The notes under the pieces are model-generated. The model was not told the DNA's origin. It ran no database searches and worked only from the letters and a program-made list of their open reading frames with translations. Both the position numbers and the translations under genes were made by a program. A stretch of DNA of 64,000 nucleotides from Xylographa opegraphella (lineage: Eukaryota): contig JALDZX010000065.1 of assembly GCA_022813865.1 (NCBI GenBank), positions 1-64,000 on the forward strand. Reading direction: 5' to 3'. Positions 13,237 to 26,246 of the stretch are shown piece after piece (the stretch's first letter is position 1; each line of letters begins with the position of its first letter).

Positions 13237-13923
13237 GTTGAATTCTGCTCTTCGCGATTCCAGTACGATTTGATACTTTGGTGAGGTTGGGATACTTCTA
13301 GAAAGGGTAGGCTTCTGTACTAAGTGCCTCCCTCAGTTGGTTTTCTTTGCGAACCGCGACGTCATCGTCAGAAAAGCTCGATTCACAGCCCTGCATCAGC
13401 TGATGAATAGATGGGCCGAGACTGTCTCGACTGTTTTAGTATCCGAAAAATCGCATTCTGGATGCGACTTTCGTGGACGAGGGTCCGTACACTCCACATG
13501 GCAGATGAGTTTTATCATGAGTGGGCTGTTGAAGGATGACAGATACGGAGTTCGTTTCCCTCCGTAACTAACTGCCTAAACGTCCCATCTTGCGGAGGAG
13601 TTTCGGGACGGCTTCCGTGAAGGAAAATTTGAATTCTCCAAAAGTCTGCGCTGATATTATCCGTGTCTACGGCGAGAGGAGTTCTTTATTTTCCTTTCGT
13701 TATCGTCTGGACAATACGCATGAGTATGGCTTGTTGCGGTGCTGTCTATCCTGAGAATTCATCTCTCAACTGTATATAACAAATCTATGGGACGCAAACA
13801 AACTTCCTTCTGTCAGACAGATTTATATTTCGCGAAGTTCTATATACTTTCAGTGGAAAGATAGAGCAAGTTGTCGTGCATTCTATTCGCGAACTCTGTT
13901 GAGAAGTCCACACCCTGGTAGCC

Positions 13924-15286
13924 ATGAAGGCCTTCAAATCCACATCCTCCGGTGCTACCTCCTCAACCGTAGCAACGAATTTATACATATCATCTTATGG
14001 GAACACGATCACCACCCTTGCTCTTGGTCAAGCGCCTTCCTACAAGCTTGAGGTCACATCTACAATTGACTCTGCATGTAATCCTGGATGGCTTGTGGTC
14101 GATTCAGAAACCCGCAACCTATATTGCATTGGAGAGGGCTTGGGCACTAGCACGGAAGGAGCTTTAAGTACCTTCATAGCAAGCAGCGATGGTAGACTTA
14201 TTCGGACCTCACACAGCGCTACACCGCTGGGAGGATGCAGTGGTGTTTTCTTCCGCAATGAAAGAGGCGGGCTGTTTCTTGCAATAGCGCATTAGTGAGT
14301 CTTTCTGTATACTTCTGTATCAGCTTCGAGCAAAGAAACTCCTACAATATGCTGCAGACAGCTAAGTCTGGTGAGATAGTCAGGGCAGTGCTCTCAGTAC
14401 CTGGAGACTCAACCACCCTTCAGACACGAATGAAAAGCAACACCAGCCCAATGGTCCAGTCTTATGGCAGACCATCGACTTCGTCTTGGCGAGCCCTGGC
14501 CTTAATCCTATCCGACAGGAGATGTGCCATCCGCATCAGGTCATCCTCGATCCTACTGGCAAGTTCATTATCTGTCCCGATCTTGGCGCTGATGTGATCC
14601 GCACGTTCGCAATCAACCAAAGCAATGGCATGCTGGAAGAGTGTCCAGCGTTTGCCGTTGCACCAGGCGCTGGACCACGCCATGCTATCTTTGTCAGCTC
14701 GCCCACGACACAAGGGGCAGCTGTTACGGCGCGGAGTGTGCTGCTGTACGTTGTGTTCGAGCTAACGAACACCATCACATCGTACAAAGCTACATATCCT
14801 CCCAATGGAAGCTGCCCTAGCTTCAAAGCGATCGAGACTTCTAGCACATTTGGGGACAACCCAATCCCTGTTGGGGCGGCTGTGGCGGAGATTTCGCTCG
14901 TTGTAAGTAAATAGCTGAATCATTGGCCTTCTTGGGATGCTGATGAAGGCTATCAGGGTGATGACCTGATCATAATATCGAATCGCAATTCGCCGCTGTC
15001 GTTCTCTGCCAGCTCCAGTGACTTGAGTCCGGTGAAATCCGATCCGCTGTCAATCTTCCGCGTATATCCGGATGGTACTTTCAAATTCCTCGAGCTCGCT
15101 CCCGCAGGAGGTAGTTTTCCCCGACATTTCTCAGTCAACCAAGCCGGTGACTTGATCGCAGTGGGCTTGCAAATGAGCGGAAAGGTTGTGATTCTCGAGC
15201 GTGATGCTGAAAACGGACAGATTCTTGAACCAGTGGCAGAGGTCGATGGGCTAGGGGAGGTAACTTGCGTGGTATGGGACGAATGA
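13924..15286 (+). CDS. Lactonase, 7-bladed beta-propeller (6-phosphogluconolactonase / carboxymuconate cyclase family)
   Basis: HPHQVILDPTGKFIICPDLGAD, GAGPRH, AAVAEI, SNRN and GGSFPRHFSVNQAGD..VTCVVWDE. Introns ~14295-14379 and ~14903-14956. Confidence 0.88.
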
Positions 15287-16044
15287 CCTGGCTGGCTTAT
15301 AAGATTTAAAACCTTGATGAGCTCCGCGAATTCCTTCCTTGCTATGTTTGTAATCGACCAACACGCCCTACAAGTCTACGAGAGAAGCAATCTCCGTTTT
15401 AGATAGCTGATGATCTCAATGGCGTCAAGATTGCTGTAGTTTATGATAATATCCAAGTTGGTCCTGAAACCAGAAACCAGACTTGACGCGGGTAGATCTT
15501 CGCCGATCTGTGGCTGTGCTGTGTGGCTGTGCAGCTATCTCCTTGGCATCTGATGTCACTTCGACAGGGATGGTGGATCAGGGGGTGTACGCCACACCAT
15601 GACCCCGCTACGATGCTGCCTTGGACAGAGCAAATCAGCAAGTCGTGGAGCTTTGAAGCGTCCGGCTACAGGCGCTCTGGCCTATGAGAATGCTGCTGGT
15701 TAGAGTCTTGAGTACGGGTGGCTATGAGCAAGACCGATAAGTGCTCCACTTGACCGCTGCTGCAAGCAAGGCGAGCAAGGATGACTGCATTCGACGACGC
15801 AATCGTGCTGCCCACGCTGCTCGCCCTGACGAGCTCTCGGCCCTAGCCAGGACGGCGAGAAGGCAGAGATGTGGTGCACACGCTCGACGCGGCATGGCAA
15901 TTGGCCACAGATGATTATCACCATGCGGAAAAGCTTCCTGCCAAGTTTCCTGTTCCGTCTCTCTGTGGGCCAAGGGAGTAAGTGAATCGAGATCGTAGCC
16001 TAGTTAGGGAAGCCGCATGTTGACTTCACACCACGGCTCTTTCC

Positions 16045-16051
16045 TATAAAG
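16045..16051 (+). promoter_or_regulatory. TATA box of the dehydrin-like gene
   Basis: TATAAAG followed by a pyrimidine-rich leader, ~170 nt upstream of ATG 16217. Confidence 0.5.
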
Positions 16052-16216
16052 AACCCCTCACACCCCGCTATTGCCGTCCTCTTTCCCACCCAGAAACACT
16101 CTTCAACCCTTTCTCCAATCTCATCACAACTTTTCAATCTTGATCAACCACTTTGCTCAACTCCTCCACTCCACGTCTCTACTACACACTTTTTCAGTCG
16201 AGCCTGCTTGAACATC

Positions 16217-17523
16217 ATGTCTCACCTACTGCACAAGGTCAAGGAGGCCATGTCGGGCGAGAAGAACACCCCCGAATCCATTGCCGCCAACCGTGGCAAG
16301 AATGGTCAGTGACCTCATGTGGCGTCTTCTCATCCTGACGATGCATCTAATACTTCCCTAGAGTACGGCGCAGGTACCGACGGAACTGGTATGACGGGCG
16401 AGTACCCAGCCAGCGAGAATCTGTCCCAAGGTGGAACTGGACACTATACCGGCAATGAGAGTACTCCATCGAACCTCAAGAGTCGACTCGATTCCCGTGA
16501 CGATTCCAGCTATGGTAAGTGGTATTGCTTGCATCTTTCCCGCAGGGCTTTTTCTGACCATCATCTCAAGGCCGTACTGCTGAGCCAACAGGAGGTTTGG
16601 CTGGAACAACTGGCGGCTTGTCGGGATCTACCGGCCGTGATTACGATAACACATCGTCTGGATTGACTGGGACTTCGGGACGTGATACTTACGACAACAG
16701 CTCGTCTGGCCTGACTGGCTCCACTGGACGAGACACCTACGACAATACCTCCTCCGGATTGACCGGCTCTTCTCGTCAGGACCCTTATGATTCTACCACT
16801 GGGTCTTCGGGTGCTATGGGTGCCATGTCCGGACGCGACAACTACGACTCCACCACTGGAACCAGTGGAGGTATGGGCGGTCTGTCAGGTACTTCTGGAC
16901 GTGACAACTACGACTCGACTACGAGTGGTACAACTGGCGGTCTTACCGGTGGGTCTGGACATCATCACAAGCATGAGGACATTGGTAAGTTATCGACTTA
17001 CAATCCATGCTCGCATATTGTTACTTATCTTCCCTTAGTTCATGGCGGCAAGCATCATTCCGAGACCGCGAATCGCTTAGACCCGCACGTCAAAACTACC
17101 GAAGATGGGTTTGGCGGATCGACGGGCGGTGTCAAGGAAGTTCTTGGATCAACAGGAGGATCTACCATGGGAAGTGGTTTGTCGGGACGTGACAACTACG
17201 ATTCCACTGGAACCTCGGGCGGTATGGGCTCAGGTCTCTCAGGCCGTGATAACTACAACTCCACGACTGGCACCTCAGGAGGTATGGGTTCAGGCCTTTC
17301 TGGACGCGATAACTATGACTCCACCACTGGAACTTCCGGTCTGTCTGGACGTGACAACTACGACTCCACCACAGGAACGTCGGGCCTGTCTGGACGTGAC
17401 AACTACGACTCCACCACAGGAACCTCCGGCCTCTCCGGACGCGACAACTACGACTCCACCACCGGCAGCTCGGGCCTGTCCGGACGTAACAACTACGGCT
17501 CCAACACGGACCGAACGCTGTAG
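16217..17523 (+). CDS. Hydrophilin / fungal dehydrin-like stress protein with Gly-Ser-Thr tandem repeats
   Basis: MSHLLHKVKEAMSG start, DPR-like motifs (HSETANRLDPHV, SNLKSRLDSRDDS) and many SGLSGRDNYDSTTGT-type repeats. Introns ~16305-16360, ~16515-16570 and 16985-17038. Confidence 0.72.
17170..17500 (+). repeat. Coding tandem repeat (45-60 nt unit) encoding (GGMG)SGLSGRDNYDSTTGT
   Basis: Repeated ggacgtgacaactacgactccaccac units with synonymous variation. Additional degenerate copies at 16600-16930. Confidence 0.9.
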
Positions 17524-18134
17524 GTGCTTCCTGACCACTCGATGGTTGCGAAGCATCTGACAGTGGTGTTCGTTTCTTTGATTTAGTGTCCTCGCCGAGG
17601 ATGGGCGGCCTTTGTCGGCAGGCACTCATGCCCCGAGCGAGTTCATTGCCGTGATGGGGAGCCCGGAGATCTTACACAATCGACCGCCAGCTGATTTCAA
17701 ACGTCGCCACGGAGGTAATAGCCGCGAATATTCCAAGTACGGCAATGGGATCGAATGATGAGATGTTATCTCTGTGACGACTGGCATGCATGATTTCTGG
17801 GCTTCACGTCCGCAGCGAGCTTTTGGCGGCGTACGATGTATATTAGCATGGCTGAGGCTACACCAGATACCCTGCCGAAGCCGATGAATGAAAATGATTA
17901 CTGTTCATCTATCGGTTGCTCGGTCGTGATAAATGTGGTACAAGATTTCCTCACGGCCCTTAGGTACAGAGTGATCCAGGCGGTACCGTGTGTCAAAGTA
18001 ACCTGATGTCCTAGATGGAGAGGAATCAATCACGTATTCATCAATGAAAGTAAGAATCTGATACAACGTTCGTCGGCGTACGCGTGCTACACGAGCATGT
18101 CGTGATTGGCCCACTTTCCCATCTTTCGAGTCTC

Positions 18135-18150
18135 TGTGTGTGTGTGTGTG
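18135..18150 (+). repeat. (TG)8 microsatellite
   Basis: tgtgtgtgtgtgtgtg. Confidence 0.9.
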
Positions 18151-18232
18151 TATGTGGAGGGATGCCTCCTGTTCCGAGCCTTGGACCCGTTGGACACAAA
18201 AAACCATCCTTCGCTTCGTGGGACGAATCACA

Positions 18233-18273
18233 NNNNNNNNNNNNNNNNNNNNNNNNNNNAAAAAAAAAAAAAA
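18233..18273. other. Assembly gap (27 N) followed by a poly-A run
   Basis: N run 18233-18259, then A run to ~18273. Confidence 0.98.
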
Positions 18274-19145
18274 CACGCGGACCGGATATCTCCGACGAAT
18301 GCTTTGCCCAAGGCCGTGAGAGCGTACAAAGGAGGGGGGGGTACCTGATGGTGCATCCATACAGACTCGGAGTGAGTAAGGTACTATATTTACCTTGGAC
18401 TACCTTACTGCGTGGTAGGTACTTTATGTACACGAACGAAGTGGGTTTCGCTTCGGGAGAGTCCCGTCCGTGCCGAGGCCGTTTCGACCCCGCAATTCGC
18501 CTACGCGGAATGCGGGATTGAAAGCTAGGATAGTCCCGGTCCTGATATCTATCTTTAGTATCCGTCCTCGTGTCTTTTTCACGTCTTTCTATGCCGTACC
18601 GTCTACCTTACGCATTGGCTTTGGAGTCCACTCGTCTGCACCTGGTGGGGAGTTTGGGGTATACTGTCGGCTACACTACTGAATACGAGAATACCTCGGG
18701 CCTGCTTTACTAGGCCTTAGCCGCTCCGGAGTGGCCTGATGATGGGCGAGCGAGCGAGCCTCTGACGTCCTGCCAAGCTTTCCGGTGCTCGTATACGATG
18801 CAGGCCTGAGGGGGGGTGTGAGGGTCCATGGGGGGGTGTTGAAGATGGTGGAGATCTGCGGGTTGGGATGGAGTCCACGCTTTGCATTGTGCTTCTCGAC
18901 CGAGAGGGCCGGGGCGGAGGTGCTGGTTGACTTCTCCTCTGTGGTGGCATGCTGGGTCTCGCGCTGCGTTCTTTCTATATAAAAGCGCTCTCGTGTCCCC
19001 GCTGACTCTGTCTATCACACCTCAGCGACAGAGCCGTCTCGCAGCTACGAACAGACAGCACGCCCATTATACGCGTTTTGAAACCGTCTTCACAGCAGCC
19101 ACTTCCGCCCGCCCCAATTTCAGAAAGATACCCAAAACCTACAAA

Positions 19146-19891
19146 ATGCACCCCTCCACCATCCTCGCCCTCGCGCTGCCCCTCCTCGCGGCCGCGGCGC
19201 CGGCCAAACGGGAGGAAGATAGCTGCCACCGCCACACGACCACGTCGAGCGCGGCCGCCTCGACCGCGACGCCGACGCCCTTCACCATCATCGCCGCCCA
19301 CTCGGCGTCGCCCATCCACCTGCAAGCCGTCAACGCCGCCAACCAGTCCTTCTTCATCGGCGCCGGGCCGTCCACGTCCTGCCCCCAGCCGCCGGTGATC
19401 GAGTGCCCGCCCGGCACGACGACGACGGTCGGTGTCAACGACGGAGCTGCGTATCTCGGTAAGCCTTTCCACCCCGTCGATACAACACCGTATCTCCTCC
19501 ACCCATCCACCACCCCTCCCCCCCTCCTTCCCAAGCTACCCCGCTAACCCCCTTCCCCCCCCCCACAGCCGTCGAAGTCCCCGGCGGCCAGCAGATCTAC
19601 GTCGAGCACTCCGGCGCCCTCGGCTTCACAGCCGCGCACTCGGCCTCCCTGCCCGCGGGCGCCTACACGAGCGGCTTCACTCTCATCCCCGGCACCAACG
19701 GCGGCCTGGGCGACTTCGGCTTCGCCAACGCCGCGGGGCAGGGCTTCCTCGCGTGCCCGACGACCGCGTCCGCGGGGCCGCCTTACCAGGTCTTCGTCGA
19801 CGTCGAGGGCTTCCGCGGGAACTTGTCGGCGTGCATTGGCTTTGATGCGCTGACGCATAGTGCCGGGGTAGGGGCTTGGCAGTATGATTGA
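19146..19891 (+). CDS. Small secreted cell-wall protein (PhiA / 'IgE-binding protein' family)
   Basis: Signal peptide MHPSTILALALPLLAAA, F.IIAAHSASPIHLQAVNA, VEVPGGQQIYV...GALGFTAAHSA, FLACP, YQVF, CIGF and AWQY. One intron ~19459-19568. TATATAAAA at ~18976. Confidence 0.85.
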
Positions 19892-22338
19892 GTGGGTGGA
19901 GTGGGTGGGTGGAAGGGAGAGATGGAGGGAGGGAGGAAGAGAGTTTTTGGTAGATGTATGCACGTGTCGGGGCAAGAGAAGAGAGGAGCCGTGTGTTTCA
20001 TGACCTGCTCACTCGAGGTGCATGTACGATAACACTCAAACATCACACAAAGGTCGCGTAGAGTTGCGGAACCGCATTGGCCATACGGCTTGAAAGAGAA
20101 GAAAAAGGAAGACACAGCTCCGGCCTTGTACAGACATCTCACACTCACAATTAGCCGCTTTTTGGTAAAATAAATATATTCATTCATTCAATATGCCATC
20201 GCTTTCTCAGACTCTTGAAAAACTCCTCCCACCATCTCCACACGCTTTCGGGCTATCGGTAAACCCACCCGGGCCTCCCCTCACCATGCATCCAGAAAGA
20301 AGCCTTCGATTTATCGGTGGGGCCCATGACTCAGCCAGCAGAGCTTATCACGTGCCTTGCGAACCCTAGTGCGCTAGGCCGAACAAGCGAACGCGTCCCG
20401 ATCCAAACATTACCTTACCTTAAGGTAGGTACCTAAGTAATTTTCATCCGTGCAAGCCGGTTGTCTGTATTTTGTTAGGGTTAAGCGGGCACCTGACTAT
20501 GATTTCTATGGTTCTATGTACAAGCCTACCTAGGTACTTACTACAATGACGCGGATGCTGAGATGCGGGTTTCGGGTATACAGTGCTTTGTTTCGGGGTA
20601 TTACGCTCTAAGGTCACCTACCTACGTATTATGGATAGATACTGACCACAACTCCGGCGACGCGTCTGCTGGTGCTTAATAATCTCCCAGCCGGCTGGTG
20701 CAGGGGATGAAGTCCATTTGCAGGGGTCATCTACCATTCACGCATCCACCGGGAAATTATCGCAACCCACAACACAGGGTCGGGGGACGGACTTGGCTCC
20801 CGTGGGAGTCGGACCTCCGTGTCGACGGCGCTATGGGATCGAAGTGAGCCACAGAAAGCTGAGCAATGCTTGGAGCAGTGGAGTATATGCGGTATGTGTT
20901 CTGTAGCTCTGGACAGCCGTGGGAAGGCGGGTATTACAAATACCCCGAGAGATGCTGTGATTGGACTTATGCATTGTCTTGCAAGTCTGTTGGCATGTAT
21001 TCCCCTGCAGGCGTTGCAGGGCTGGGGCTGGGAGTGTAGAGCTCTGGAAGCGTTCGCCTCGTTATGAAAAACGGAACCGGGTGATCTAACACTTTCTGTC
21101 GCAATCTTAGACAGGTTAGGAAGTCGGGCTGGTGACTATCTTCGGCGAGGAGCTTGAATATAACGGTAGATGCGAGTGGAGCGTGTTTTCGATAGAGTGA
21201 AGCCTTCTGTGAGTAGTCAGCGAGTGATGGGGCCGAGTGCCATCACGCTCCAAAATCCTTGTGTATCTCAAATAGTCATCAGTTGTAGCTCTTATAGCTA
21301 TTGTAGTCTCATTAACCCAAGGGGTTTGCTGGGCAAAGAATACTGTGTCATAGACAACGGATATTTGTATAGCTATGCAAACACGCATGAACAATAGAAT
21401 AGAGTTGCTCTGGAGACAGACACCCGAAACGTGATCGTGCCGTGTGAATGTTGCAATCTGACTTGTGTTTACCAATTTCATCACTCGCCTTACCTTCATT
21501 ACCCCTGCCCTCGCACAGATCATGTCCTCGGCAACAATATCCGAGTGCATCACTTACAGATTCTCTCCGTCACATGTTCATACAAAATAACACAGAGAAT
21601 GAATAGCAAATTTACAATTTCCCTCACGGAAAGTTGCCCACTTCTCTCTGCTCACGAGAAGGACTCAAGAACTACCTCTACCCTCCGTTAGTATCTTCTG
21701 TTTCCTCATAACCGAGACTGTCTTATGAGCGATCTCAACTCCTCTTAGAGCCTTCCAATCATCAGCAGTAAGTAATAGCACTCCATTCCGAATAACGGCT
21801 TTCCTCTGAAGTCTGCTGTGGCAATTTAATATCTGACATAGCACTCAAGAGCAACACCGAGGTTGTTTTGTGACCTCAGGATATAGCTCTCCGGAGCTGG
21901 GATCCGGCTGCGCCCTTCACGTGTAAGCCTTATGATCTGTCCTGTTCCACTTAACCTTCCCAACTGATCTTCCAAAAAGGCACACCAAGCACCTCAACTA
22001 ACCGTATTGGATAAACACAATACTTCCGACACATCCTCCGGAAATTTTCCAGGTTACCTTCGCTCAGCAACCTGTATCTCAAAACACTAGGTGACATCAA
22101 CCTTCGGTAAGCACTTACCTGCTGCCTCCACCTAGCTCTCCATTGTATCGACCACACCATTCTGCACACAGGTATGGTGGCTTCGCAGTTCATAACTCTT
22201 ACAGAAATATACTCCAATAATGTTTACTCCTCATAAGTGCACAAGGATATCACATTGCTGATTTCATGAGCAGCACACCTTCAACCTGACCACAACTACC
22301 CTTAGCAAAATCACTATCTCACTCAAACCGTACACACG

Positions 22339-25121
22339 ATGTCTTCCTTACCTGTCGAAGGTAGCTCCACTACCTCATACAAGCACATCGATCTTATGGA
22401 GAAAGGCCAAGCATGTCCCGCCGACCTCACCCCCCCAAACACTTGTCTGAAAACCACGGAAAATTGGCGAGAAGTGCGGCAAACTTCTGTTGGTGGTCCA
22501 AGGCCGATGCCCCTTCAAGGGTATGTTGAGTTTGCGGCCATGTCGACTTCGCAGTTGATGCTGCCAAACCCTACCAAGATTTTGCTAACCTTGATAGGAC
22601 TAGTGCTTCAAGCGTCTGTGAAACGTTTTTGACAGAAACAACCGAACTTATGCTTCCAAGGCAGAATATCGAGGATAATAACAAGGGAAATGACATTCAC
22701 ACAATTAAGCATGAGCAGCAGATCCCCGCGTCAGCCGAATCCAGGCCGTCCATGGAAGCATTGTTCACTAGGCTCTATCCAGGCTACACTGCCGATTCTC
22801 ATGCCTATAATTCTTTCCATTCTCCCAATCAGGATCTTCTCAAGACAGTTCTTGGTAGACCTCCAATACCACCCCCTGAAAGAGTTGACTGGCCATCGCC
22901 AACTGTTTCGGAATTTCTTCGGGTTGCGTCTCCGTCAACTTCGTGGATTGATATTGATGAGGACTCAAACGGACAATCCAGTACATCGGAGAGTCAAGAG
23001 GAAGTGCTCCCCGAAGTTCCTCATCTAGTCTTGGGCTCACCTCTAGTACCTCGCGGCTCGTTCAACGTGAATGTAGGCAGTGCGGTGGTCAAGTCGCCTT
23101 TCTGCCACCGAATTCCTGAACGAGCCCCATCCTTTGAAAATCTCGAGTGTAATTGGTGCCCTCCTGATCCCAGGGGTAATTACCTCAGGACTCTCGACAG
23201 CAAAGGACATGTGACATTCATCCCCTTTTCGCCGGTATCCAAGATCCAGTATGCCGAATCTGAAACATTGACATCTGAAGAGTTAGTTGCACTCAACGGG
23301 GAATCTCCACTTGTGCTTCGTGCGAGGCGAGTAAAGGCAAGAAGATACCAAAAGTTGCTCCAGCGGACAGCTGAGCCGCAATATAATGTGCTTCACGCAT
23401 TGGAAGCGGTTCGATCATGTTGTAATGCAGCAGATATAACTCTAGCGCCACCTGATCTCCCCGAGCTTACGCGCTCCCAGCTCGGAGCAAATCTTACACG
23501 ACTACGTTCGAGAGTTGTACGACTAAGGTCTGACATGGCTGACAAGCAGCTCCATAGCGCCAACAACCCTGGAAACCACGCATCAGAACAAGATGATATA
23601 ACTCACACCACAGCACCGCTGGATGGTCACGGCTCCGGCAATCCATCTGTTCAGCAGGAAAATGCCACAGTTGGACCTATCTCCGGTAGTGCAGTCCGTC
23701 GTTCTCGCGACATAGGATTGATAAAAGCTGATCGTCAACATGATGCTACCGGTGTCGACGAAAGCCTCGGAATAAGTAGTCTCTTTCAACTCCCGGGCTA
23801 CGACCAAGATAATGGTGAGCTCGAAAATGTTTCAATTGATGCGATGACCCACCCTGGCCAGAATGGATCAACAGAAGCCAATGATCGCGATGACCGTATC
23901 AACTCCATCGAGGACGTCCACGTAGGAAATGTCACGAAATCTCCAGAAGGCGACCTTAAGAGTATTGGAACTGGAAGCGCCTCGATTGATACGGCCGGCC
24001 ATGCATGCCGCATTGAATCGACACCCAAAAACGATTATGATGACGTTATGATCGTCAATGGGATCTTTCAGGATGAGTGGCTCCCACAATTCCCAAGTCT
24101 AAACTCGGACACCATTGAACTAGGACGTGCAGATATTGGTAGAGTATATCGTCCTCGAAGCGTTGAGTTGACATCAAAGGACCATCGTCGTCAGGGTATT
24201 GTGTTTGAACAAGACCCCCAAGTCGAGACTCTCTCACAATCGTCAGTCAAGAAGCACCGTAATAGCGAGCCTTTCAATGCTACTGTATATGACGAGTCCA
24301 CTGCGGCTTGGGGCACGGAACGTCGTTGGACGGACTATATGTTCGACGGAAAGAGTTCAGGAGCAAAATCTCCGGACCTCGTTGTGACTCCAGCCTCAGG
24401 TTCTCGGAAACTTAAAGTGGCCAATTTTAACAAGCACAACGATATTCAGCCATTGCAATCAGAGCCCAAAAATCGCACGCTGAGCGAGATATCGACTGGC
24501 ACAGTTGTCGTACATCGACTTCGTCGTCGTCGTGGCATGATCTTCGACGCAAGTATGGATATCGAACCTCGCAACGTCTCGAGTGGTACTTTTACTGCTC
24601 TCTGGAATGTGCCGATTCACAGTCCGGCTGATGTAATCCGTAAAGCACGCATTCACGAGTTGACTTTGGCAATTCTCGAAGGCCGTGTCAAATCAGAAGA
24701 CTTCAAAAGTCTAATGGGCTGGATTGAAACTTCTCAAATCGACTGCGACAACGATTCCAGGGTCCCAATGGCTGACCCGCGATTTGAAGGGGTCGACGTG
24801 CCATGTGCTCCTGATGGATCTCTTACTGCATCACCAGAACACCTATGCGGCATGGGTAGACGCGCAAGATCTGCTCTGATCGAAACGGGAGTTCACGGTT
24901 TTCAAGCCCGGAGGCGTGTGGGTGGTCAATGGCTGGACCAGTATCCACGTAGAGCCTCAGCGATTCCGTTGGCCAATGGATATCCAAGGGATACCTCAGA
25001 AGCTCAGACATTTGACGAGCCCATGCCAGGAATTTCTACCCACTCCTCGTCCAAAGTCCATCGTTCTCCAAAAGCATGGCTTCGAGACAAGGTCAAGCGA
25101 ATTACTCGCATTTTCCGTTAG
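22339..25121 (+). CDS. Hypothetical, largely low-complexity/disordered protein (~900 aa)
   Basis: 830-aa open frame joined in phase to an upstream exon via intron 22521-22597 (GTATGT..GCTAAC..TAG). No domain recognised. Confidence 0.65.
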
Positions 25122-25285
25122 GAGCGGAGATAGAATACGCTTTGCCCATTCTTTCATTGGAAAGTTTCAGAAGTTTGATTCTGACATATTAGATCGCCTC
25201 GGAGTCGCAGCACGATATGCTTGTTCATCAAATTGTAGCACATTGTGGACTGCTGGCCCTTTGGTGAGAATTCGACCATTAAAAC

Positions 25286-25338
25286 GATGCTTCCATCTCA
25301 AGATGCTTCCATCTCAAGATGCTTCCATCTCAAGATGC
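25286..25338 (+). repeat. Perfect 16-bp tandem repeat x3.3
   Basis: (gatgcttccatctcaa)x3 + gatgc. Confidence 0.95.
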
Positions 25339-26246
25339 GCTACTCATAGAAAGAAACACCTAGCATGGCCCGTTGTGTAACATTCGCTGCAAGCTCTTGT
25401 TGACGTTTTCGACCACAACACGGAGGTGGAAGTAGTGGCTCGGAATAAGCGTACGCATAAAAACCGAGAGAGACAGATTGACGTGATGAACGAGTAATGA
25501 CCAGATTTTGTATGACTAGGAGGAGCTTGGAAAGCGTGGTTGGTTTCCGGAGCACGAGATGTTACTGGCCTTTAACCTGCGTGTACGCGGTTTTCCAGTA
25601 ATTTCGGCGATATTTCTCTTCTGGATCCTGTATTTTATCTTCGTCCATTCTTTCTGCTTTCCTTCGAGCTTTAATAGTAGATTCTCAGATAATTGTATAT
25701 TACGCAATTGAGGTGCTTGTGACGCGTTCTACCTCCGCATCAACATGAAATGGATTTGATGAGATGGGATGATTCGATAGCAAAAAGCTGATGCTTACCA
25801 GAGAGAACTGTAGGTCGACGGATAAGGTAAGATGGCAATGGAAAGGAGGGTTAGGAAATGGTGATTAGCGTGCTCTGAGATACGCCGGTGTCCGGTTGGA
25901 TTAGGGCAGGTATCAGGAACGGTTGATGATTCGGATTATTGCTTAGCTTAACTTGTAGAATCAAATGACCAGCTGGCCATGAGAGCTCAGATACTTTTCT
26001 GGATCACGAGTGGAGATTTAGTCAATGCTATCGCAGAGCCTCTATCGGAAGCAGCTGAACTAATCTACGACAGCTCAAAAGACCGTCAGAGCAGAGGCAA
26101 GCCCAGGATCTTATTAACCACTCTATGCCATCGAACAGGCTCACTACCAACCTCAGCTGTGTACCTAGCACAGAGTCATAATACACTCTGCACGATGCGC
26201 AGCCTAGTCTAACATGTAGACAAACAAGTCCCGAGTCGGGATACCT

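Noticed and set aside
16985..17038. Stop-free 3n introns (54 nt here, and aquaporin intron 2)
   Set aside because: Short introns are often stop-free by chance, and the encoded peptides show no motif, unlike the 168-nt HSP88 case.
17170..17500. Regularly spaced repeats superficially like a CRISPR array
   Set aside because: In-frame coding repeats with synonymous variation and no unique spacers, in a eukaryotic context with no cas genes.
17755..17856. ATGATGA...CTGA pair resembling C/D-box snoRNA ends
   Set aside because: No convincing terminal stem or rRNA-antisense guide, and it lies in a likely 3' UTR. Such short motifs arise by chance.
17905..18521. ORFs spanning the N-run
   Set aside because: Artefacts of translating across an assembly gap and microsatellites.
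20408..20545. TACCT/AGGTA-rich palindromic patches (taccttaaggtaggtaccta, cctacctaggtac)
   Set aside because: Low-complexity motif also seen at 8366-8402. No defined element boundaries or target-site duplication.
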